The notes under the pieces are model-generated. The model ran no database searches and was not told the origin of the DNA. It saw nothing but the letters and a program-made list of their open reading frames with translations. The position numbers and the translations under genes were made by a program. 64,000 nucleotides of DNA from NCBI RefSeq assembly GCF_030144855.1, contig NC_082731.1, forward strand, positions 25,172,001 through 25,236,000, in the 5' to 3' direction. This document shows, piece by piece, positions 1 to 8,799 of the stretch (its first letter is position 1; each line of letters opens with the position of its first letter). Source of the DNA: Hypanus sabinus. Its lineage: Eukaryota.

Positions 1-53
1 CCGAGATTCGGAAAGTAGGATGTGTCCTTTTTATAAAGTTTTCTTTTTCACAG

Positions 54-200
54 ATAACTTTACAAGGGTTTGTACAACACCGGATGTTGTTAAAGTCTGG
101 AATGGATGTCCATTCTCCCATGTCGGTTTCTGATTTAAACTGAGGTGACGTTGATTATTGTACATTGAGACAGTGAGTCGGGTCGCCGTATATCACCGTG
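54..200 (+). pseudogene. Possible deleted/decayed V-domain relic immediately upstream of the J
   Basis: Pyrimidine tract + CAG acceptor (39-53); phase-1 frame reads DNFTRVCTTPDVVKVWNGCPFSHVG (A/B-strand-like; GGT one change from the Cys codon). The same frame later reads VSRVAVYHRG (AVYHC-like). In-frame stops at 131, 146 and 152; far too short for a whole V. Confidence 0.3.
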
Positions 201-248
201 GTACTTATTATGAAGATGGGCCTGGATCCACGGTTACTGTCACCGCCG
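201..248 (+). CDS. J gene segment, VNAR/NAR-TCR-like (TYYEDGPGSTVTVTA + phase-1 G)
   Basis: Codons 203-247 read T-Y-Y-E-D-G-P-G-S-T-V-T-V-T-A, resembling the IgNAR FR4 pattern (YY-x-x-G-x-G-T/S-x-V/L-T-V, lacking the FGxG/WGxG Phe/Trp). Followed by G|GTAAG donor at 248/249 and preceded by heptamer-like CACCGTG (194-200). No consensus nonamer at 12 or 23 nt. Confidence 0.75.
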
Positions 249-1195
249 GTAAGTATCTGAACAGGTCAAGTTCATTCAAGGTTCTAGTATAAGCAGTTAT
301 GCTGTACATAATAAATAAATGGAGATTTCGGAAATATAAGCTATAAAGTTGAGATTGATGAAGAAAAACGGGGTTAGGTTGCCAGGCATCAGGTCGTCTA
401 AGGAAAGGTACAGCCAGAGTAAAAACAGCACATCATCTCTGTACCCATGCAGAGCGAGTGGAACCGTAAGGGTTCCTTCACATATAGAGGCGGGCTAATT
501 GCTCTGACAGCAAGTGGTTCTGGGGATAATAGAAGTCAGGATGATCTTCGATCTGCACATAGTGCTAGCAAGTTTGATGGAACTTCACAACGATACTGCG
601 CGAATGGACAGATCCACAGATACTGCATGTTCTAATACTGAGAATGGAATTCGATTTCGTACACAAACTATAGATGCAACTAGTCAGTGGAGACGCCCAA
701 TTACGAATAAGTCCGGGAGACTACCCGTGAACATGTGAACACACCATGTGCAGTAAAAGTGGAACCTGCAGTGTCATGACCGAATCAAAAGTACATATGA
801 AAACAGACTGACATGTGATTAAAACGTAGGACGAATTGGCACAGCGAATGGAGAAATAAGAGAAAATCTGCAGATAATGGAATTTCAAGCAACACCCGCA
901 AAATACTCGAGTAACTCCGCTAGCCAGTTGGTATAAATAAATATCCCGATGAAGTGTATCTGCCTCTAACATCGCCTATTTACCTTTCCCATAGATGCTG
1001 CTTCACCGTTGGAGTTGCTTCAACATTATAGCCGTATTACAGCGAATGGTTAGGAGGTTTTAACACGTTGTGTACTGAATTTAATATGAAGACTGCTTGC
1101 GTTGCTGGTCCACATTCAAAACATGGAAAATCATTGATCTGAATCTGGTAAATCCATGAGCAAAATATTTCTAGGGAATGCATCGGTCGTTGAAA

Positions 1196-1241
1196 ATGAA
1201 TATATTGTTCATTTTTTTTACTGTTCTTCTTTCCTTTACAG
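1196..1241 (+). pseudogene. Leader (signal peptide)-like exon with inactive splice donor
   Basis: ATG at 1196 gives MNILFIFFTVLLSFT + G (46 nt, typical V-leader size and phase), 351 nt upstream of the V acceptor, but followed by AAATAA rather than GT. Could alternatively be just a polypyrimidine/AG tract. Confidence 0.35.
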
Positions 1242-1592
1242 AAATAAAAGAAAAAAATAGAAATTTACATAATCGAATAGATAGATTCCGCATCTCTCTC
1301 TGAGAGCTGAATGTGGGAGATAATTTCACAAATGTTCTACAATTTCATGAAGTCTCGTGAAGTTTCACATTTTACAGTATTTGTAGGTAATAATTTCATT
1401 TTTCCTGCATCACCATCTGCCAATTATTTCCCCAACGCGAGAAGTCGCTGGAAAAATTATCAACAACAATAAAAGCTTCTTGTAGACATTGTCAACAAAC
1501 CCAGCAGGTGTGAATGTTTCGAATATTCCAGTTGGGGGCGGATTCAGCAACAATAATCAAATAATAGTGATGTCTCTTTTAAATTCTTTCAG

Positions 1593-1898
1593 ATCCATTA
1601 TCCTTAGTGTCCAAGAGTCCGCCCCTAAAATTTGCTAATTCGGATGACCTCGTCGCATTAAGCTGCAACTATTTCGGGTTTTGTACGTATACGGTACACT
1701 GGTTCCGGCAGCTCCCAGCAAAGCCACCAGATCTTCTACTTGAGATGCATAGCGCTGGAGAACAGAATCAGGAAAATGCTGTTGACGGACACTTCTTTGG
1801 TTCTCTTGATCGTGACAAACAAATCAGCATCTTAAAGATCTCAAAACTGCAAGTGAGTGACTCAGCGTTGTACCATTGTGCAATAAGTCGGCGAAGAG
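1593..1898 (+). CDS. TRDV: T-cell receptor delta-type variable gene segment, probable NAR-TCR supporting V-delta
   Basis: Acceptor TTCTTTCAG|AT at 1592/1593; open frame (D)PLSLVSKSPP...VALSC(1664)NYFGFC(1682)TYTVHW(1700)FRQ...LKISKLQVSDSALYHC(1877)AISRRR. Canonical V-set Cys-Trp-Cys, an extra CDR1 Cys, and an abutting RSS. Confidence 0.92.
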
Positions 1899-1937
1899 CA
1901 CAGTGATAGACAGGAGGAAGCGAGATGCAGAAAAACC
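1899..1937 (+). promoter_or_regulatory. 23-bp-spacer recombination signal sequence of the V segment
   Basis: Perfect heptamer CACAGTG (1899-1905), 23-nt spacer (1906-1928), nonamer AGAAAAACC (1929-1937; 8/9 to ACAAAAACC). Confidence 0.95.
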
Positions 1938-1953
1938 TCAATGTGGTGGATTA

Positions 1954-1992
1954 CACAGCGTTTCAAAAAGCGAAAGGAGCTGTACAAAAACA
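1954..1992 (+). promoter_or_regulatory. Second 23-bp-spacer RSS
   Basis: Heptamer CACAGCG (1954-1960; 6/7, CAC intact), exactly 23-nt spacer (1961-1983), nonamer ACAAAAACA (1984-1992; 8/9). Confidence 0.75.
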
Positions 1993-2151
1993 TGCGTGCG
2001 CCAAGACCTTGAGAAAAGACGGGAAATCTTGCAATAGCCTTTCATGTTCAAAAAGAAGAACGAATTCTGTAATTCCGTAAAATTCCGTCCTCTGCTGAAG
2101 TCTAGTTGATAGCCTTCTCGCTATTAGTCAATGGTACAACTCGCTACTATG

Positions 2152-3045
2152 TACAAACCCCTTTTCCAGAATAGCTGGGATATTTTCCAAAATTATATAA
2201 AAAAAACAAAATCTGTGATATGTTAATTCACTTGATCCTTTATTTAACTGACAAAAGTACAACGAAAAGTGTTTCAATAGTTTTGCTGATAAACTTAATT
2301 ATATTTTGTAGATATACACAAATTTAGAATTTGATGGCTGCAACACACTCACCAAAAGTTGGGACAGAGTTAAAATAAGATTGAAAAGTGCGCAGAATAT
2401 TCAAGTAGTACCGGTTTGGAAGACTCCGCAGAAAGCAGGCTAATTGGTAGCAAGCAGGTGAGGCATCATGACTGGGTAAAAAGTTGCGTTCATCAAAGGT
2501 TCAGTCTTTGCAAGCAAGGATGGGTCGTGGTTCACCCCTTTGTGCCAAGATTCGTGAGAGAACTATTAGTCATTTCAAAAGGAACATTTCCGTATGCAAG
2601 ATTGCAGAGAATTTAGGTCTTTCAACATCTATAGTACATAATATTGTGAAAACATTCAGAGAATTCAGAGAAATCTCAGTGCGTAAAGGGCAAGGTTCGA
2701 AACCACTGTTGATATCGCGTGATCTTCGAGACCTCAGAAGCTACCTAAGAAGCTGCAATGCTTTTGTGACAATTATAGCCACCTGGGCTCGGGAGCATTT
2801 CGGAAATCTATTATCACTTAACATAGTCTATCGCTGCATCCATAAATACAAATTGAAAATGTATTAAGCAAGGAGGAAGCCATACATCAAGTCTATGCAG
2901 AAACGCCAGCGAGTTCTCTGGGACCGAACTCATCTCAGATGGACCGAAAGACTGTGCAACAGTGTGCTGTGGGCAGATAAGTCCACATTTCAGCTAGTTT
3001 TCGGAAAAAAACGGGCATCGAGTTCACCGTGTCAAAGATGAAAGT
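2152..3045 (+). mobile_element. Tc1/mariner DNA transposon, 3'-truncated
   Basis: TA followed by CAAACCCC... left-TIR-like start. ORF 2484-2867 encodes a Tc1 paired/HTH N-terminus (MGRGSPLCAKIRERTISHFKRNISVCKIAENLGLSTSIVHNIVKTFRE). After a stop it continues ARRKPYIKSMQKRQRVLWDRTHLRWTERLCNSVLWADKSTFQLVFG (first-D motif WSDES degenerate). No right TIR seen. Confidence 0.9.
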
Positions 3046-6000
3046 CTTTGCTTGACAGAAAGATTTGTATGCAATAGACGATTTGACTGGCGGCAAATAT
3101 CTCCAACTTGAAATGTGTGAGTACTGGAAAGGACAATTGTTCTGTGAATCTCGGAGATGCTGAAGAATATTTCCTGCTTGTTTTGTGGCCATAAATTTAC
3201 GGATTCTCCGCTCCGCCCTGGGTTTCATTCACTGCCATGAACGTACATTTTTTTGCGATTCCATAAGATTTAGCCTATGAATTCATGTGAACTGAGCTAC
3301 TTTCTCTTCCAGGTCAATCTCTGGACATCCTGGGTATCTGGGTACCTGGGTATCATGCAAAATCTTCATACACTTTGTACCTTATTCACTTGCATGATTA
3401 AATGATGTTTGTCACGAAGGAAATTAATTATTATACGTAAGGTAGAAGAAGTTGTACCAGCGATGACAGTCCCCACCTTCATCACTTTCCATAAAAGAAC
3501 ATCGAATGTAACACGAACTGTTTCGCTCTTCTATTGGCACCATCTAGGGCATAAGTAGATTTTCCTGGCGAAGTGATGACCAGTATGTAGTTGTTTGTAT
3601 TTTTTTAATCTAATTTACAGCTATCTCTGTTCACGTCACAGTACATTTGACTTTGCCAGAGAACATAAAGATTGTTAGGTACGGCGATGTAGAGTAACTA
3701 CACTCAAAAACACAGCAGTGACTTCAAGCTTAATACTGCCTGTCATTTTAATTTTACTTCAACGTTAAGCCTGTGCTGGTATAATCCGCAATTACAATGC
3801 TGTCCAACGGAAGCCTGCAGAAAGTCTCGACGTGAGTCTCGGAAAGATGCTACCTTCCAGCGACAAAACGGATTTTTTTTGTTCCCTCACGCTTTTTTAA
3901 ATTTGCTTGTTGATCATGTATTCCATAATGGAACGGCATCTGTGGTGCGGGATGCGCAGCAAAATATTTGCTGTTGATGGTTGTAATGCTAAACCAGCAG
4001 TGGGATGTTGATCACTGTAAGACTATAGTTGGGAAAAAATACTGTAGATAAAGATATAAACAATTCCTAATATGTGCTTAATATGGAATGCGTCGTTGAG
4101 AAAAACACAGGTTAATGCAATTTCTATCTCTTTTGCTATCAGTCTGAAGTGAAGAGCTAATTAAGACACAAGAAGCAACAGCACACGCTTACGTCTCATC
4201 CTTTCCATATTCATCGGTTGACCCGATTGTGTCACTGCTTATGTTAATTAATGCTGTTTTTTTTTTATCCCTACTTTAAGCACAGGAATAACGAAGGAAG
4301 TACGTTTTGTTTCATTTACTTGCAAATTACGGAATATTCTCGTGGTCAGTATAGTAAATATCTGGAGATTTACAGAAATATTGTTGTGTTGGCATAACTG
4401 TTTAATACTACTTTCCTTCATGCTTTACATTTATAGGTTTCTGTATGTTACGTAAGTCTGAAAGACTACATCTATGAAGTAAGTTGTGCTTGTTTGCTTC
4501 ACCTGCAATACAATATGTGCACGGTTATTATGGACTATCATATCTGCAAGTGGGATATATATTTCTCAGAATGCACTCTTTCCAGTATTAACATGCAGGT
4601 CAACCTGCAGTTAGACATATCACCTTCTTGGCCCTCCCCGCAGGGCCATGTAAAACCATAGAAATACGTGTTCAATGGTCATATGAATAGCCAGTACATA
4701 TCACAATTCTTGGTTATGCGATCACTCATGTCAGACAGACAGTATCTGAAGAATATTGATTGTGGTTGGGGTCATCCGTATTCCAAAGCCGCTGCTCAGC
4801 AGAAGGAAATGTCAAAACACGTCTGTAGAATATTTGCCAAGAACAATCATGATAATAAGACTATAATATTCTAAATCGTACGACACAACATATAATGCTA
4901 ATTTTGAGGGTAACAATAGATCGGTCAAGTATAGTTTATCTGTAAAATTGGACCAGATTTGTATTCGGAGTAAGTAATGGTCATGATATTCAATTTTCAA
5001 GTAAGATCCAGTAAGTAAGAGTGATGCTTCTCACCGGAATGCACTTATGCAAGCAATCAGAGCAAGTTATACTGTTTCTGAATCCTATAATGTGTAAGAT
5101 GCTTCGGGTTTCTCCTGGCATTTTCTGTATTTTTCTTCTTGAATTGGTTTCTCTTTGATTATGTCTTTAGTCATATTTTGAATTAATAATCTGTTCAAGT
5201 ATTGCAATAAGAAACCTCTTCGTAGTTCCTTCATATCTGAGTCAAGGCCCGAAACTTTGAGTCATTGTTTCGATGTTTTCCTCTCGATAACTAGACTGAT
5301 CAGTTCGACATTCTTACACCAATTGTATAGTTTTTTTTGTCTTATCTATTTATTATTTCTACATGCTTCCTAGTCGAGGCTTCATATCAGCTTATTTGAA
5401 TTAACTACTTACCAGAAATGCATATCCTCACATGGAGTGCTGAATCCGGATTTCATGGATGAGGATATAGCTTTCCAACCTCTCTCAAACAGTTGTGTAT
5501 CTTTTTTTAACATGTTTTATAGCACTTTGTACTTCTTCCGAGGTAGTATTGGTCGAAATGTGTCGATTGTACATGGTGTTTTATAAAGTTTCCAGTTGTT
5601 TTTTTTTTCCTTCATTTTTTGTTATTAAATTTCCTAATCAGTATTGCACCTGAATATTATTCCAGAAGAATACATAAATAGAGCTGTAGCAAACGCGTAA
5701 ATTGTTTTATTGAATGTTTAATTCCAAGCTTTAGTTGGATGAGTTTCTGAAAACTTGATATATATTCTGTTGAAAGTTTACCCTTTATGGTGCCGTTATC
5801 GACTTTCGTTGCTTGCTGTTATCCGAGACTTGTTGAACCTGTTCCGTACATTGCAACATTTATATTCTGCACTTTACGTTGTGAGCATTGCTGTGAACAT
5901 TCCGTTTCGAAATAATCATATTTCCATTGCATGTTTCCCACTTGTAAGGTACAAGTGCAACTGTTAAATTATTTTTATCTATCGCATCATCTTCCTTCAT

Positions 6001-6379
6001 TCCAGCCAACTTCATCACCCAAGAGTGCTTCCCTCCGATTCCCCTTTCAAATACTTTAGCATGAGGAATAGGTTGTGGTCTCTCACCAGACTACCTGGTG
6101 CCAACGGAAGCATATTCCATTTGTGGCGATAGACAAGTGAGCAATATTAATGTCTGTATGATTTATGAGCTCATCAAGAATGCAGACAGAAAGGGGGAAG
6201 GGGCTCTGACACAGCCGGGTATAATTAGTGAGCAGGAGGCAAATTATGAAAAACTGAAAGAAAAGACGTTTAAATGCTTCGTAGGGAAATTTGAAATACA
6301 TTTAAAGGTGTTTTAGTTATAACCTAGATTATTGCTGAAAGGCATCCACACGAAAATCCTAATAAGATGCAGACAACAT

Positions 6380-8223
6380 CCAAGTAATTACGTCTGTCAA
6401 TTTGCATATGTAGGTGTATCAATTACTAAAAACTTTAAGAATTTATTAAAAAAAACTTAAACGCCTTATTAAATTATGTGAAAAAGACGTTTTCTAAATG
6501 GTCTCATCTTTCTTTTTCCATAATTCGCCGAATTAATTCGATTAAAATGATGTTTCTTCCTGAAATCTTATTTATTTTTCAGGCCCTACCTACTTTTTAT
6601 CCTGAAGACCTACTTTGATTCTTTAGATTCAATTTTAACGTCATATATTTGGAATAATAAACAAGGTCGCTTAAATAAAGTTTACAAACAAAGAAATAAA
6701 GAGATGGGTGGATTAGCTCTACCCAGTTTTAGGTTATACTATTGGGCTGCCAATATAAGGAATATTACTTTCTGGTCCTAATATATTTACCGTAAAGATT
6801 GCCCATCATGGGTCTCCTCAGAAGTTATTTCGGTAAACAAATTCTTCTAGTGTCTCTTCTTGGATCATACGCTCCTTTATCAGCAAATGAAATGACAAAT
6901 AACATAATTGTTAAGCGAACTTTAAGGATTTGGTCTTAATTTAGGAATTTTTTTGGTTTATCGATTTTTTCATTATCATCTCCCATTTTCCTTATATTGT
7001 TTGATCCCATCCATGACTGACAAAGTCTTTAAGGTCTGGGATGAACTAGGTATTAAGTGTTTTTGGGACCTTTTTATCTCAGGATCTCTGGCTTCATTTG
7101 ACCAATTGTCAACTAAATTTGCACTCCCAAATACACATGTTTTACAGATATCTTCAAATTAGAGATTTCTTACGTTTCCAATTAACTACTTTTCCTATTG
7201 GTACTGATAAAAAATTACTGGACGATCTTTTAAATTTAAAACCTTTTCTTAATGGTTCTATTACCGGTGTCTATAACTTGTTGATTGATTCTAGACGATA
7301 CTTTTTAGATGAAATAAAGTAAAAACTTGGGAGGATGACCTGATTTGTCAGATTTCTGATGACAGATCGAATACAATTCTTAAACGTGTTAATAAATCAT
7401 CTTTCTGTGCTCGTCATTCACTTCTACAATTTAAAGTGTTTCCTTGTGCTTACATTTCTAAACAGTAGCTGTCCAGTTTTTATCCGAATGTTTCTCCACT
7501 TTGTAATAAATTCAACTCCGCTGATGCCTCTTTAATTCATATGTTTTGGTTTTGCCCTAAAATTAAAAAGTTTTGGCGGGACGTATTCCATACCTTCTCA
7601 CAACTTTTTAGGTTCCAATTTTACACATATGCCCTTACTGCCTGTTTTGGTATCATTGCAAATGAAAATATAACTATAAATACTCATACCTACAGGTTTA
7701 TTTTTTACATCTCTTTTAGCAAGATGAGCAACCTTGCTTAAATGGAAGGAGTCTACTCTTCGTACGCATCTTCAATAGCTACATGATATTATGTCGTATT
7801 AAATTTAGAATAGATCCTATGCTCAGTCTTAAATTCGAAACAATATTTTTATGATATCTGGGGACCTTTTCTAAATTACTTCTCCAGTTTATAAAGTATA
7901 AAAGTGCACAGACATTTATGTATATTTGTTCGTCTCTTCTTAAGCCAATATGCTTTTTTTTCAATTATAATTTATCAACCATCAGCTTTTTTGTTTGGTA
8001 GTTGGTAGGCGGTTGTCTTTTTAATATATAAAAAAATGACGTAAACCTATCTTTAAATTTTTGATTCCAAGCTGTATACCTTTATGTGTTAAGCTATAAC
8101 ATTTTGATCAATTTTATTGCAATATATGAATGTACAGAAGTTACTTTGAGATGTATTTACATGTTGAACTCTGTAAATCGTGTTTTTTTTTCTACTGAAT
8201 AAAACTATTGTAAAAAGAAAAAG
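6380..8223 (+). mobile_element. L1/Tx1-type LINE, 5'-truncated, decayed ORF2 C-terminus and 3' UTR
   Basis: RINSIKMM...FQALPTF, GGLALPSFRLYYWAANIR, a decayed zf-RVT-like region with MFWFCPKIKKFWRDVF, T-rich 3' UTR, AATAAA and A-rich tail at ~8199-8223. Confidence 0.88.
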
Positions 8224-8799
8224 GAACAATAACAATAAGTTTGCAAGTACGGGGAATATGTTAGAATACTTTGTCTTTCCAACCCAAATGGTTCTAGTGT
8301 ACTTAGTGAAAGACAGATAATGAGGTGATCATGTATATACTTTATGTATAGATTGGGCCGAAATATTTGTGCAAGTGGAAGAGCGAAAATACATTTTGAA
8401 ATCCAGTAATTTGTTATCTAAAGTTCGACAAGTAATTGATATATTCATAGAGACAACACAACCTGGTGCATAAACGTCCATGTGGCATATTTGATCAGAA
8501 TAGTGCTGCACGCAGAAAACGTACCTATGAGTTGTACGCTACATATATCTTATACGTGTCAAAGCGTGCAACACGATTACAGAACAGAAGGTCCAATGTC
8601 ACGCATAAAGGTGCAGGATTGAGAACAATAAACACAGAATCAATATTTAACTGAATTAAATCAGAGACCGAACAGAGACGTGAATATACTTCAAAGGCAA
8701 AATACATTTTTTTTTCATTATAATCACCTGTAATATGAACAAGGACAACACTCAGCATAATATGCGAAGTTCATCACATCAAAATAAAATAAAAACGTT

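Noticed and set aside
447-972. Short ORFs in the J-V intron
   Set aside because: No recognisable domain or splice structure; lengths are consistent with random ORFs.
6098-6316. ORF containing LTQPGIISEQE (V N-terminus-like)
   Set aside because: No Cys23/Trp41/Cys104 pattern, acceptor or RSS.
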